Shown piece by piece: positions 1 to 10,243 of a stretch of 64,000 bases of DNA. The notes under the pieces are model-generated. The model was not told the DNA's origin, ran no database searches, and saw nothing but the letters and a program-made list of their open reading frames with translations. Position 1 is the stretch's first letter, and each line of letters opens with the position of its first letter. The stretch spans positions 38,005-102,004 of the forward strand of contig CAWECO010000003.1 of assembly GCA_963807645.1 (NCBI GenBank), read 5' to 3'. This DNA comes from an uncultured Gemmatimonadales bacterium (GTDB lineage Bacteria; Gemmatimonadota; Gemmatimonadetes; Palauibacterales; Palauibacteraceae). The translations under genes and the position numbers were made by a program.

Positions 1-2
1 TT

Positions 3-128
3 CGTTGCTTCATGGCCACGGATATGGACTGCCTGGTGCTGGAGGACGTCGTTCTTCTGAAGTCGGAGCAGCCGATGGGCCTGGGTGGGGACGCGGAGGC
101 CTATCGAGAGCAGTTCAAACTGGACTGA
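3..128 (+). CDS. 3-prime end of an unidentified CDS entering from upstream (partial)
   Basis: Frame 3 is open from the window edge to TGA at 126-128 (..DCLVLEDVVLLKSEQPMGLGGDAEAYREQFKLD*). 41 residues are too few to assign a family. Confidence 0.25.
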   Translation, partial: RCFMATDMDCLVLEDVVLLKSEQPMGLGGDAEAYREQFKLD

Positions 129-202
129 GTCCAGCGGAGGTCCGGCCTCTGGCTCCTCCGGGGCACTGTCGACCACAACACATACCTGTCGAGCAATACT
201 GA

Positions 203-763
203 ATGCTTATGCTACCTCGTCGTCCGACAAGATCCATGCTTCGGGCATTCGCCCTGGTGGGCGGTCTGCTGCTCGGGGCACTCCTCGCCGGGACCGCACT
301 TCTCGCGCGACTGCCGGCTCCGGTGGCGTGGGGGGCGCCGGCCGCCTGTGCGACAGCGTACGCGGGGTGGTCCCGGCCTTATGCCTTCACGCGGGTGTAC
401 GGTTGGTGGAACCGAGCCGCCGCCAAGACCCGGCGGCTGACACGCGCGGCGCTCGCTGGAATCTGCTTTCTCGTCTTCACGGTAGTCGGCTTCACTGGTG
501 GAAGGCTTCGGTGGAAGTCACTGGAGGCCGGCGGATCCGGCTGGTTCGCGAGGAAAGCCTCGGGGGCCGCCGATCTTTCGAGTCCTGCTGATGTGCCGCT
601 GCCGACAGCGGCGAGTAACAGCTGGCTGGCTGCCCTGACGTCGTGGGCGCGCGAAACGGGCGCCTTCTGGATATGGACGATCGTTCCGCTCCTGGCGCTC
701 CTGCGGAGCATAGAGCCGGATCAGGAGCTCGATGTCGGCCATACATCCTATACGCTCTACTGA
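203..763 (+). CDS. hypothetical small integral membrane protein
   Basis: 186-aa ORF with GC-rich third codon positions and three hydrophobic helices (AFALVGGLLLGALLAGTALLA, AALAGICFLVFTVVGF, AFWIWTIVPLLALL). No recognisable family. Confidence 0.4.
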   Translation: MLMLPRRPTRSMLRAFALVGGLLLGALLAGTALLARLPAPVAWGAPAACATAYAGWSRPYAFTRVYGWWNRAAAKTRRLTRAALAGICFLVFTVVGFTGGRLRWKSLEAGGSGWFARKASGAADLSSPADVPLPTAASNSWLAALTSWARETGAFWIWTIVPLLALLRSIEPDQELDVGHTSYTLY

Positions 764-770
764 GATTCGA

Positions 771-1895
771 ATGAAAAGGCCTTTGAGAGTCGCATTGCAG
801 GATATCGCCAGGCTGGCGCTCGCCGTTCCGTCTGCCCTGGTGGGGCTGGCGCTGGCTCTTCCGCTCCTGGCGCTTCTGGCGCCCTTCGCGGTCGTCAACG
901 GCCTGGTTCGCGCCGTGGCCCGCTTGCTGAGCCCGGCCACCGTCAGCTGGACCGAGCTGGTGGAATTCGACATGGAGCTGGGCTGGAAGACGCGGCCGAG
1001 TCTTGATACGCATGCCGTTGACCTGGCTGGCGACGCTTTCCACCTCGTAACCGACGAGAACGGGTGGGCGGGCCAGACGACGATCGACGAGAGCCAGATC
1101 GTGCTGTTCGGGGACTCCTTTGCGCTGGGTTTCGGTGTGGACGCGGAGGCCCTGTTCGCCAACGTGCCAGGCGACCCGGCGATCAAACCGATCGGCGCAC
1201 CGGCATACAGCATGGTCCAGCCCATCCTGATGATGGAGAGACTCGCAGAGCGCCTCGGCGGAAAGCTCGTCGTGCTTCTGGTCTATCTGGGTAATGACCT
1301 CGATGACAGCCTCCGTCCCAGCGCGGGCAAGTACCGGGCGCCCTTTGCCAGGCGTTCCGCCGTGGACGGGGATTGGCAGATCTGCGGGGAGCACGTGTCG
1401 CTCGAGCCCTGGACGGCCTCCGCGCCCGATCTCAGCTACGAGGCTTTCGTGGAGATCTGCAGCCCCTCCTATCGCAGCCAGCGCGTGTTCGAGGCATGCG
1501 AGTTCCTTATTGGCCGTGCCCGGGATATCTGTCGCGGCGCGGGGGCGGACCTCGCGGTCATGTCGGTTCCCGAGCTCTCTCCTGTCGTGCTCGAGAAGAT
1601 CGATAAGGTGCTCGCCGATCGCCCGCCGCCGGCAGGCTACGATCCCGGTCTTCCGGACAGGGAGATCGAGCGCATATGCGGGCAGGCGAGCGTGGCTTTC
1701 GTTCCTCTCAGCCGATATCTCACCTCGGCCGACTATCTGGAGCGTGACGTTCACTGGAACGAGAGCGGCCACCGAAAGGTGGCTGCCGTGTTGCGGGAGG
1801 TGGCTCGCGACGCTGCATCGACACCCATTCCAAAACCGGATGGACTACCGCTCGGCCCGGACGATGAGTTCGAAGCCGCCTGGCGGACCGGTTGA
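771..1895 (+). CDS. membrane-anchored SGNH/GDSL-family hydrolase (putative polysaccharide O-acyl esterase/acyltransferase)
   Basis: N-terminal TM helix, block I FGDSFALGFG and a C-terminal DVHWNESGHRKVA catalytic-type motif. The start is ambiguous: ATG 732 or ATG 771. 771 avoids overlap with the upstream ORF. Confidence 0.65.
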   Translation: MKRPLRVALQDIARLALAVPSALVGLALALPLLALLAPFAVVNGLVRAVARLLSPATVSWTELVEFDMELGWKTRPSLDTHAVDLAGDAFHLVTDENGWAGQTTIDESQIVLFGDSFALGFGVDAEALFANVPGDPAIKPIGAPAYSMVQPILMMERLAERLGGKLVVLLVYLGNDLDDSLRPSAGKYRAPFARRSAVDGDWQICGEHVSLEPWTASAPDLSYEAFVEICSPSYRSQRVFEACEFLIGRARDICRGAGADLAVMSVPELSPVVLEKIDKVLADRPPPAGYDPGLPDREIERICGQASVAFVPLSRYLTSADYLERDVHWNESGHRKVAAVLREVARDAASTPIPKPDGLPLGPDDEFEAAWRTG

Positions 1896-3217
1896 GGGGT
1901 GGAGAATCACCTGAGCGGGACCGCAGCGAGAAGCCAGTGAGAATCCTGCATTTGAGCAGTGACGATACTACGGGCGGCGCGGCACGATGCGCGTACCGGC
2001 TGCACCTGGGTTTACGGCGGCTGAGTCTCGACTCTCGAATGCTCGTGCGTCGTCGCCGCTCGGATGATCCGGAAGTACTCAAATTCCATCGGGAGGACGA
2101 TCCACTCAGCCGGGTCCGCCGTAGGTCACGCTCGCTGCGGATACGGAGAGACCGCGCTCGCTACAGGGCCACCATCGATCCGGATATCGAGGCATTCAGT
2201 GACGATCGGTCGCCCCTGGGTGGTGCCATCGCTGGGCAGCTGCAGGAAGCCGATATCATCCACCTTCACTGGATCTCAGGGTTCGTCGATTTGCAGCGCC
2301 TTCTCGCAGGGCTGCCATCTGCCGCCAGGGTTGTGTGGACGCTACACGACATGAACGCATTCACCGGCGGCTGCCACTACGCGGGAAGCTGTGATGGATT
2401 CGTCAATCAGTGCGGGGAATGTCCTCAACTCGGCTCGGCGGACGCGAGAGATCTGTCCCGCGGAATCTGGCAGAGGAAGGACAGGGCCTTCGGAAGCCTG
2501 ACACCAGACCGTCTTCAGATCGTGACCCCGAGTCGTTGGCTCGAGGGAGAGGTGAGACGCAGCTCGCTGTTGGGGCCGAGATTCGAGGTCCGGCGGATTC
2601 CTTATGGAGTGGACACAGACGAGCTGGCTCCGCGTGATAGGGCGGCGGCTCGCGCCACGCTCGGGGTGCCGGCAGAAAAGAAAGTGATTCTCTTTGCGGC
2701 ACACTCCATCGCCAACCGACGCAAGGGCTTCGATCTGCTCGCTCGAGCGCTCGCCGGCCTTGACGATCTCGACGATCTATTCCTGGTATCGCTTGGCGGT
2801 GGCCACCCCCCCGCGACGGGCGCGCTTCCCCACCGTCATCTCGGGTATGTCGGCGATGAAAGGCTGCTGTCGCTGGTGTACAGCGCTGCTGACGTCTTCG
2901 TCCTGCCATCCCGCCAGGACAATCTCCCGGCCACGGGTCTGGAAGCTCTGGCCTGTGGGACTCCGGTCGTCGGTTTCGCCGTCGGAGGGGTGCCCGACCT
3001 GGTACGACCTGGGGTTACAGGTGCACTCGCCGATGAGGTGGACGCAGGCGCGTTGGGTGCTACGCTGCGCGACATCCTGAGTCACGAAGACCGTCTCGCA
3101 GAACTTCGCCGCCGGTGTCGTGCGGTCGCATTGGACGAATACACCCTGGAGAGACAGGCGAGAGACTACAGAGCGCTCTACGAACGCTGCCATGAGAGCG
3201 TGCAGCCCGCTGGATAA
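1892..3217 (+). CDS. glycosyltransferase family 4 (GT-B, Glycos_transf_1)
   Basis: N-terminal ILHLSSDDTTGGAARCAYRL, Cys-rich TGGCHYAGSCDGFVNQCGECP insert and C-terminal EALACGTPVVGFAVGGVPDLV (E-x7-E region). The TTGA overlaps the upstream stop. GTG 1937 is an alternative start. Confidence 0.85.
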   Translation: MRGGESPERDRSEKPVRILHLSSDDTTGGAARCAYRLHLGLRRLSLDSRMLVRRRRSDDPEVLKFHREDDPLSRVRRRSRSLRIRRDRARYRATIDPDIEAFSDDRSPLGGAIAGQLQEADIIHLHWISGFVDLQRLLAGLPSAARVVWTLHDMNAFTGGCHYAGSCDGFVNQCGECPQLGSADARDLSRGIWQRKDRAFGSLTPDRLQIVTPSRWLEGEVRRSSLLGPRFEVRRIPYGVDTDELAPRDRAAARATLGVPAEKKVILFAAHSIANRRKGFDLLARALAGLDDLDDLFLVSLGGGHPPATGALPHRHLGYVGDERLLSLVYSAADVFVLPSRQDNLPATGLEALACGTPVVGFAVGGVPDLVRPGVTGALADEVDAGALGATLRDILSHEDRLAELRRRCRAVALDEYTLERQARDYRALYERCHESVQPAG

Positions 3218-3277
3218 GCTGATCGGAGGAAAGTCGCCCGTGGGAGACAAGGACATGAGCCAAGAACGGGAGAAGGT

Positions 3278-4270
3278 GTGAGGCCAACCGTCACGATCGC
3301 CATTCCCGTCTATAAACGCCTGAAATACCTGGAGACAGCCCTGGATTCAGTGGCGCGCCAGGATTATCCGGCGATCGACCTCCTGATCTCGGACAACGGG
3401 ATGCAGGGGAGTCGGCTGGAGGAACTCCTCGACCGGTGCCTGTCACGTCCGTATCGGCTGAGAGCCAATCCCCAAACGGTCAGCATCACCGACCACTATA
3501 ACCAGCTGGTTGACGCGGCCGAGGGCGACTATTTCGTTCTCCTGTGCGACGATGATGAGCTGGGGGGAACCCGATACATATCCACCCTCGTGGAAGTCCT
3601 TGATACGCAACCGGATGTCGGAGTCGCGCTGGGAAGGCTGGAGGTCATGGATGGCACCGGCGAGTACGTGCCGCGGCGCAACTCGGACAACCTACCGCCG
3701 AGCTTGGTGACGGGGCGCGAGTTCGTTCGAATGTGGTTCCGGAAGGAATACAATTTCGTGTGTTTCGTCACCAACGTGGCCAGAACCGACGAAATCCGTC
3801 GCGTCGGGGGATACCCGGTCTTTCCGAAGGGCACGGCGGTTGACAACGCGCTGCTGCTCAAGCTCATACTCGGTCGGAAGCTCGCCTTCGTTGCAGAAGC
3901 GGAGTTTCGGTATCGCCAGTACGAGGAAAGTCACGGGCTCGCCCTTTCGGATCGTGACTTGGCGCTCGACCTCAAGGCCTTCCTGCGTTTTGTGGACCGT
4001 GACCCGACCCTGCGCGCCTACGCAGCCTCTGATCCGGACGGCTGGAGGGAAGTGCGTGCCCAATTGGTCGAGGAGACGTGGCGCAGCTATCGCAGTCGCT
4101 GGAGAAACCTGTACCGGAGGCGGCTGGGGCCGGTTCAATGGCTGCGGGCCGCGGTTCGCATGCCATGGTTGCCTGCTTATTACAGCTCGGTTCTGAGCAC
4201 GGTGGTCCGGAGAGGAGTACGCGGAGTCAAGCACAAGCTTCGAGGAACGGGGGGGGGCGCTAGCACGTGA
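3278..4270 (+). CDS. glycosyltransferase family 2
   Basis: TVTIAIPVYKRLKYLETALDSVARQDYPAIDLLISDNG and LLCDDDE (DxD). A GGGAGAAGG Shine-Dalgarno sequence precedes the GTG start. Confidence 0.85.
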   Translation: MRPTVTIAIPVYKRLKYLETALDSVARQDYPAIDLLISDNGMQGSRLEELLDRCLSRPYRLRANPQTVSITDHYNQLVDAAEGDYFVLLCDDDELGGTRYISTLVEVLDTQPDVGVALGRLEVMDGTGEYVPRRNSDNLPPSLVTGREFVRMWFRKEYNFVCFVTNVARTDEIRRVGGYPVFPKGTAVDNALLLKLILGRKLAFVAEAEFRYRQYEESHGLALSDRDLALDLKAFLRFVDRDPTLRAYAASDPDGWREVRAQLVEETWRSYRSRWRNLYRRRLGPVQWLRAAVRMPWLPAYYSSVLSTVVRRGVRGVKHKLRGTGGGAST

Positions 4271-4333
4271 GGCCGATCCAAGCTGGCAGTGAAGAGACTG
4301 TCCTCGATCGTCAGGGAAAGGTCGGAGCCTGAC

Positions 4334-5599
4334 ATGACGCGCGTTGGCAGGCCTCGGCGAGTCCTGTTCGTTCAGCGAAGCGGCGGCGGCGGATCTTTGA
4401 TCAACGTGCTTCTGCTCGTGAAGCACCTCGATCACGATCAGTTCCAGCCGACCGTGCTGTTCTACAATTCGAATTCGTATGAGGAGGAGTTCAGAGCTGC
4501 CGGAGCCGAGGTCCGGGTGCTGGACAGCACCGTGCCGGTTCGATCGGTAGCGAACCTCATCCCACGCCATCTGCGGCCGGAGGGTGGAGAACGTCTTGGG
4601 CTCCGGCCGATGCGGCGGTTTAACGGTTTCGTCCAGCGCGACTTTCCGCTCGCTCGCCGAATCGCTGACGTGATCCTAGATGTGGGGGCCGACCTGGTAC
4701 AGAGTAACATTTGCCCGAGCGCGGATCGGGCCTCGATCCTGGCCGCCGGCCTGACACGGGTGAGACACGTCTCGTACTCGCAGTTCTTCACCGCCGACGA
4801 GGTGTGGCTCGACCGCCCGTTGTCAGCCTTCGTCGACCGCTACCTGTGCATTTCCGAGGCGGTCCGACAGCAGGTGCGGCGGGCGGCCGGAGTGCCGGAG
4901 GATAAGATGGGTGTTGTATATGCACCGTTCGAGTTCCCGACCCCGTCGATTACAGCCTCGGTAGCGGTGCGCGAAAGCCTGAGCCTGAACGGCCGGCACC
5001 GTTTGATCGTCAACGTTGGCCGGATCGTGCCGTGGAAGGGTCAGGACGTATTCCTGCGCGCCTTCGCCTCGGTGGCGTCCGCACATCCGGAAGCGCAGGC
5101 AGTCGTCGTGGGATCCGCAGGTGACAAGCGGGAAGGTCAGGCCTTCGAGCTTGAGTTGCGGAAGCTCGCGTCGGATCTCGATCTTTGCCAGCGAGTGACC
5201 TTCACCGGACACCGAGACGACGTCGAGGACATCATGTCCGCTGCCGAGGTCGTCGTCCACTCGTCGTCTGAGGCGGAGCCCTTGGGCCGGGTGATCATGG
5301 AAGCGATAGCTCTTCAGAAGCCCGTGATCGCCACCGGAGCCGGCGGGGTCCCCGAAATGGTTCAGGACGGGAAGACGGGCTCTCTGGTGCCTCCGGGAGA
5401 TGCGACGGCCATGGCCCGAGCCCTGGATAGAGTGCTTCGGGAGCCGGGCCGTGCTGCGCAGATGGCCACGAGGGCTCGCCGAGAGGCCGAGAGTCGTTTC
5501 GGTGCCGTGAGGTTCGTGCGGACTGTCGAGTCCGAGTATCGGAGAGTTCTTGGGTTGCGAGTAACTGCTACGCCTATCACGGATCGTCGGCGGGACTGA
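4334..5599 (+). CDS. glycosyltransferase family 4
   Basis: RVLFVQRSGGGGS N-terminus, VGRIVPWKGQDVFLRAF and EPLGRVIMEAIALQKPVIATGAGGVPEMVQDGKTGSLV. ATG 4334 has a GGAG 8 nt upstream. The ORF is open from GTG 4289. Confidence 0.85.
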   Translation: MTRVGRPRRVLFVQRSGGGGSLINVLLLVKHLDHDQFQPTVLFYNSNSYEEEFRAAGAEVRVLDSTVPVRSVANLIPRHLRPEGGERLGLRPMRRFNGFVQRDFPLARRIADVILDVGADLVQSNICPSADRASILAAGLTRVRHVSYSQFFTADEVWLDRPLSAFVDRYLCISEAVRQQVRRAAGVPEDKMGVVYAPFEFPTPSITASVAVRESLSLNGRHRLIVNVGRIVPWKGQDVFLRAFASVASAHPEAQAVVVGSAGDKREGQAFELELRKLASDLDLCQRVTFTGHRDDVEDIMSAAEVVVHSSSEAEPLGRVIMEAIALQKPVIATGAGGVPEMVQDGKTGSLVPPGDATAMARALDRVLREPGRAAQMATRARREAESRFGAVRFVRTVESEYRRVLGLRVTATPITDRRRD

Positions 5600-5820
5600 G
5601 CATGGATCTTGCGCCTCTCACTCTAGTTACGACAGGCGGTCTGGTACCGGTTCGGGCCTGCAGTACCTGCGCGAGGCGGGCCGGACCCGCGGCTGTCAGC
5701 ATACACAGATCGAGTACGGTGGCGCTGAGTGTCGGCGTCACATCACCGGTGGTCGAGAAGGCCCGCAGCCGGCTTCACGGCGGGCCAGCCGGGCATCCGA
5801 GTAGTCCAAAGGGGGATTCC

Positions 5821-6462
5821 ATGATCCGTTCCATCGTCCGCATCGGCCTGCTGGGCCTCGCTCTCGGGGTGGTCGCCCCTCCGGCGCCTGCACAGGACAC
5901 AGGGAGCTACGACTCGCCTCTAAGACCGGGGGATGCCCTGCGAGTCTCGGTATGGCCGGAGGCGGACCTGGGAGGCCAGTTTCCGGTCGAGGTAGACGGC
6001 AACGTGTATCTGCCTTTCCTGGGGGCAGTGCGGGTCACCGGCGTTCCGGGCGACGAATTGCGTCGAAACATTCGCGAGGGGTTTCAGGCGGCGCAGCGCA
6101 ACGCTGTGGTAACGGTCACTCCGCTGTACCGGATCGGAGTGACCGGATCCGTCAGGGCGCCGGGCGCCTACCTGGTCCCGCCCTCGGACGGCTTCTTCAA
6201 TGTAATCGCCACGGCAGGCGGTTTCGACATGCGGGCCAAGGAGGACCAGGTCTCCGTGGTGCGAGGCGGCCAGGTGATCAGGCTCAATGCGGAAGACGCC
6301 ATCAAAAGTGGGAATACCCTTCCCCTCGATGCCCTCAGCTTGCAGTCGGGCGACCAGATCATCGTGCCCTTCGGAGCCTTGCCGTGGACCTTCCGGGACT
6401 GGTTGGCGCTGGGAAACTTCGCCATGACTACGATCCTGTTCGTGGAACGGGTGAGGAACTGA
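5821..6462 (+). CDS. polysaccharide export protein (short Wza/GumB-like, Poly_export + SLBB)
   Basis: Signal peptide MIRSIVRIGLLGLALGVVAPPAPAQ. PGDALRVSVWPEADLGGQFPVEVDGNVYLPFLGAVRVTGV is the typical Poly_export motif, and SGDQIIVP is SLBB-like. The ORF-track start at 5602 adds 73 non-homologous residues. Confidence 0.8.
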   Translation: MIRSIVRIGLLGLALGVVAPPAPAQDTGSYDSPLRPGDALRVSVWPEADLGGQFPVEVDGNVYLPFLGAVRVTGVPGDELRRNIREGFQAAQRNAVVTVTPLYRIGVTGSVRAPGAYLVPPSDGFFNVIATAGGFDMRAKEDQVSVVRGGQVIRLNAEDAIKSGNTLPLDALSLQSGDQIIVPFGALPWTFRDWLALGNFAMTTILFVERVRN

Positions 6463-6519
6463 TCGTTGGTACCGCGCGAGGCCCAAGCCTGACATTCGTC
6501 GTCTCGCGGTAGGCAGGGT

Positions 6520-7665
6520 ATGACCAGGGTGCTTGGTCCGACTGTCTCTGACGGGTCCCGGCGCCGAATCCTGTTCGTCACTCACACGAGCGAGTGGATC
6601 GGTCCCAACGTCAGCCTCGTCCAACTGGTCACACGAGCCCCAAGCTGGATGGAACCGATCGTTCTGCTTCCGTGCGACGGAGCTCTCTCGACCGAGTTGG
6701 ATCGGCACCAGGTGGCCTTTCGGCGGATCGGAAAGCTGGACAAGTACGCCATCCCTCGCATCGCCAGGATCATCCGACGCGATAACATTGACCTTGTCTA
6801 CGGAAACAGTGCGCACGGCGCCTCGAGAAACGCCCTGATCGCGGCGAAAATATGTGGCCGGCCGTTCGTGTATCATCTTCGCGAGATGTGCGGGCAGGTC
6901 AGAATGCGATCCGTCGCCTTTCTGCGAATCGCCGATGCCGTCGTAGCGGTGTCGCGAGCCACAGCAGACTCGTACAGCCAGTTCCTTCAGAAGCCTGCTG
7001 TGGTCGTCTACAATGGAGTGCCCGAAGAGCATTTCACCCCTTCTCTGCCAGAAACCCGCGAACGGTTGCGAGGGGAGTTTGAGATTCCAACCGAGGCATG
7101 CGTAGTGCTGCACGTTGGAAACGTGTATCGCCGCAAGGCTCAGGAGGTAGCGGTCAGAGCATTCCAAAACCTGAAGAAGAATCACGCGGATGTCAGGCTT
7201 TTTCTAGTGGGCCGCCTGGATCGTGATCCTAAATACGTCGGGCAACTCGAGGATCTGATCAACGAGGTAGACGAGTCACGACACATTCATCTCACGGGCT
7301 TCAGAGCGGACGTGCGCGACTTCCTGGCGGCCTCCGACGTATTTCTTCACACCGCGAAGGAGGACCCGCACCCGCGAGCGGTGATCGAGGCCATGGCCGC
7401 CGGTCTGCCGATCGTCGCGGTGGCTGTCGACGGCGTTAAGGAGACCATTGTGGACGGCGAGTGCGGGTACCTGGTTAAGCCGCCGGGGGATCCGAATGTC
7501 CTCGCGGACAGGCTGGACCACGTCCTCCGGGATCCGGAACTCGGGAAGAACATGGGTGCGAATGGCCAGGAACGAGCTTTGCGGCTCTTCTCCGCCGAAC
7601 GTCCGGCTCGCGAAGTCAGTGGACTTATAGAGAAAGTCTTGCGGAAGTCAGGGCGCTGGTTATGA
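6520..7665 (+). CDS. glycosyltransferase family 4
   Basis: ILFVTHTSEWIGPN, VLHVGNVYRRKAQEVAVRAF and HPRAVIEAMAAGLPIVAVAVDGVKETIVDGECGYLV. Confidence 0.85.
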   Translation: MTRVLGPTVSDGSRRRILFVTHTSEWIGPNVSLVQLVTRAPSWMEPIVLLPCDGALSTELDRHQVAFRRIGKLDKYAIPRIARIIRRDNIDLVYGNSAHGASRNALIAAKICGRPFVYHLREMCGQVRMRSVAFLRIADAVVAVSRATADSYSQFLQKPAVVVYNGVPEEHFTPSLPETRERLRGEFEIPTEACVVLHVGNVYRRKAQEVAVRAFQNLKKNHADVRLFLVGRLDRDPKYVGQLEDLINEVDESRHIHLTGFRADVRDFLAASDVFLHTAKEDPHPRAVIEAMAAGLPIVAVAVDGVKETIVDGECGYLVKPPGDPNVLADRLDHVLRDPELGKNMGANGQERALRLFSAERPAREVSGLIEKVLRKSGRWL

Positions 7666-8942
7666 GCGCCAAGGTTCTGCTGGTTGCCGAGTTGTGGGCC
7701 CCGGCGTTCACCGGTGCCGGCCTCAGGTTCGAGAGATACCTGCCCGGGCTAGCGAAGCGCGGCATCGCAGTGAACGTGCTTACGGCCACCCCTTCGGACT
7801 TGCAGGCCGAGCTGACTGGAACTTCGGTAACGTGGGCAGATCTTCCGGATGGTAGCTTCATGCCGACCGACTCAACCACCGGGGCTCGCGTCGATCGGGT
7901 CAAGCTTCCAGGGCGATCGTCGTGGAGGAGAGAGCGCCTTTTTGAACGAGCGATCGTCGAGCACGTTCGCCGTACTGAGCCGAACCTCGTACAGTTCTTC
8001 GGCCTCCGTCCGACTCGCTCGAGGATTCTGCCAGCGTTCCACAGGGCGGGTGTTGCATCCGTCGTCTGTGGTACATTGGGGGCAGGGTTCTCCAGCAACC
8101 CCGTGAAGCGGGCCCTCCAGCGGGCGCGGCTCCGTTACCCTTTGCAGAAGGTCGACCGGGTTGTGGCGAGCAGCGAGGTCATGCGTCGCTTCTACGAAGA
8201 TCTGGGGGTTCGAACGCCGGTCTCGGTCATCCCAAACGGCGTCGACGTTAAGAGGTTCGCGCCTTCCGGGTCCGAAACGGAGAAGCGCACGCTGCGATTG
8301 CGGTTGGGCATGTCTCCAGACAGTGAAATCCTCGTCTTCATCGGCTCCGTCATCCCGAGGAAGGGTGTGGATCTGCTCCTCGAGGCGTTCGGCCGCGTGG
8401 CCTCAAGCCGACCGACCCTTGAATTGTACATTGTCGGACCTCGTACAGACCAGGTGAACTCCGACTCGGGCACATACGGGGACCTGATCCACGATCTCGT
8501 CCGGAGATCTGGGGCCGCGGAGCGGGTGCACTTCACGGGTATCGTGGCGCAAGTTGAGCTCTACTTGAGGGCAGCAGACGCATTCGTGTTCCCGTCACGC
8601 CGAGAGGGAATGGGCAACGTGGTTCTCGAGGCCATGGCGTCGGGCCTTCCGGCGATATTGACGCCGTATGACGGCCTTCCCACAGTGGAATTCGGGATGC
8701 CCGGAAAGCAGTTCCTGCTCGCCGACCCGACGGCGGATTCTCTGACCGGGCAGATCAGCGGGTTGTTGAGCGATGTTGCGCTGCGTCGCTCCGTTGGCAT
8801 ACAAGCGCGCAGGTGGGTCGAACAGCGGATGGATGTGGAAGTCAGCATCGACATGTACGCTGATCTCTACGCCGCTGTTGCGAGCGAACGCGGGGGCAGT
8901 CCGGAGACGCCAGCTCACTTGAGGAATGCGGCACCCGAATGA
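7662..8942 (+). CDS. glycosyltransferase family 4
   Basis: ATGA start/stop overlap with the upstream gene. LVFIGSVIPRKGVDLLLEAF and FPSRREGMGNVVLEAMASGLPAILT. Confidence 0.85.
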   Translation: MSAKVLLVAELWAPAFTGAGLRFERYLPGLAKRGIAVNVLTATPSDLQAELTGTSVTWADLPDGSFMPTDSTTGARVDRVKLPGRSSWRRERLFERAIVEHVRRTEPNLVQFFGLRPTRSRILPAFHRAGVASVVCGTLGAGFSSNPVKRALQRARLRYPLQKVDRVVASSEVMRRFYEDLGVRTPVSVIPNGVDVKRFAPSGSETEKRTLRLRLGMSPDSEILVFIGSVIPRKGVDLLLEAFGRVASSRPTLELYIVGPRTDQVNSDSGTYGDLIHDLVRRSGAAERVHFTGIVAQVELYLRAADAFVFPSRREGMGNVVLEAMASGLPAILTPYDGLPTVEFGMPGKQFLLADPTADSLTGQISGLLSDVALRRSVGIQARRWVEQRMDVEVSIDMYADLYAAVASERGGSPETPAHLRNAAPE

Positions 8943-10177
8943 ACACTGGGAGAGTGAGCGCTCCAACCGGCGAGCCTCGCGAGGAAGGCTGGACCACATG
9001 CACGGGCGGGCCACAGCTTCGTGTGTGTCACGTAATCTCAGGTTTCTCTCCGGCGATCGGCGGCGCCGAGAAGGCCACAGAGACACTGGTGCAGTCATTG
9101 GCGGACCAAGGAACCGACGTCACGGTGTTGACGCGCCGCAGGCCGCGGACTAAAGGCCGCACCGAAGTCGGCGGCGTTCCGGTCTACAGGGCCGGAGTGC
9201 CGTGGCGTGGCAAGCTCGGGGCTCTGACGTTCGGGTTGCACGGATTCTGGCTCCTGGCCACGCGCCTGCGATCCTACCCGATACTGCACGTCCAGAACAT
9301 CGACGCTCCGCTCCTGCTCGGAATGCTCGCTCGGATCTTGCTGGGCCGTCGCCTCGTGGCGACCATCCACGCCGTGGAGTGTATCTCTGATAAGAAGGAA
9401 TCGTCGCTCGGGCGCTTGAGGTTGCGGGCCTTTTGCCGCTGGGTGGATCGATTCACAGCAATCAGTCCTGCTCTGGTCGATGAGCTGCGATCGGTGGGAA
9501 TCGAGCCGCAGCGGATCGATCCGATTCCGAATCCTGTCGACACGACATCAATCACCCCGGCCACGCGCGCAGAGCGTCTCAAAAACCGCCATGCACTGGG
9601 GCTCGATGCAAACGGAGGGGTGGTCTTCCTATTCGTGGGTCGACTAGTGGCGCTGAAACAGGTGGATTACCTGCTTGAGGCTATGCGCGTCATAGCGAAT
9701 GATAGTGACTGTCGTCTCTTGATCGTAGGCGACGGCCCGGAGGCTACTCGACTTCGGGAGCAGGCAGACGCTCTCGGCTTGTCCGCCAAGGTCATATTCA
9801 CGGGTGCGCTGCAGGATGTCCGCCCGGCGTTGAACGCAGCGGATGTCTTCGTTCTTCCATCCCGTCAGGAGGGGCTTTCTGTGGCACTACTGGAAGCCCA
9901 GGCCGCGGGTCTCGCCTGCGCGGTGTCCGACCTTCCAGGCAACAGGGAGCTCGTCCTCGACGGAGAATCAGGACTCGTCTTCCCAGTCGGTGACGTACCT
10001 GCCATGGCCCGAGCCATGAGCGAACTGGAGCGTGATCCATCCCTGCGCACACGCCTCGGAAGCAAGGCGCGGCGGGAGTTGGAATCCAACTATGCCGTGG
10101 ATGCGGTGGTAAGACGGTATATCAACTTCTACCGTACCCTCGGCGAACTGCAGTGTGTTCGCGGAGATGCTGTCTGA
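8939..10177 (+). CDS. glycosyltransferase family 4
   Basis: ATGA overlap with the upstream gene. LRVCHVISGFSPAIGGAEKA, FLFVGRLVALKQVDYLLEAM and LPSRQEGLSVALLEAQAAGLACAVSDLPGNRELV. Confidence 0.85.
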   Translation: MNTGRVSAPTGEPREEGWTTCTGGPQLRVCHVISGFSPAIGGAEKATETLVQSLADQGTDVTVLTRRRPRTKGRTEVGGVPVYRAGVPWRGKLGALTFGLHGFWLLATRLRSYPILHVQNIDAPLLLGMLARILLGRRLVATIHAVECISDKKESSLGRLRLRAFCRWVDRFTAISPALVDELRSVGIEPQRIDPIPNPVDTTSITPATRAERLKNRHALGLDANGGVVFLFVGRLVALKQVDYLLEAMRVIANDSDCRLLIVGDGPEATRLREQADALGLSAKVIFTGALQDVRPALNAADVFVLPSRQEGLSVALLEAQAAGLACAVSDLPGNRELVLDGESGLVFPVGDVPAMARAMSELERDPSLRTRLGSKARRELESNYAVDAVVRRYINFYRTLGELQCVRGDAV

Positions 10178-10243
10178 CTGAGACACCGCTCACCGGCGTA
10201 GTTCAGCCCCAGAAACAGGACATTCTGAGAATTGCCAAGTAAC

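Noticed and set aside
492-1772. 426-aa ORF (and 235-aa ORF 518..1225) antisense to the membrane protein and SGNH hydrolase genes
   Set aside because: Arg/Pro/Gly/Ala-rich, low-complexity translation typical of out-of-frame or antisense reading of high-GC coding DNA. The plus strand carries clear GDS and DxH hydrolase motifs.
5602-5820. N-terminal 73-aa extension of the export protein ORF
   Set aside because: The extension has no signal peptide or homology. A canonical signal peptide starts at ATG 5821, so this stretch is treated as a 220-nt intergenic leader.
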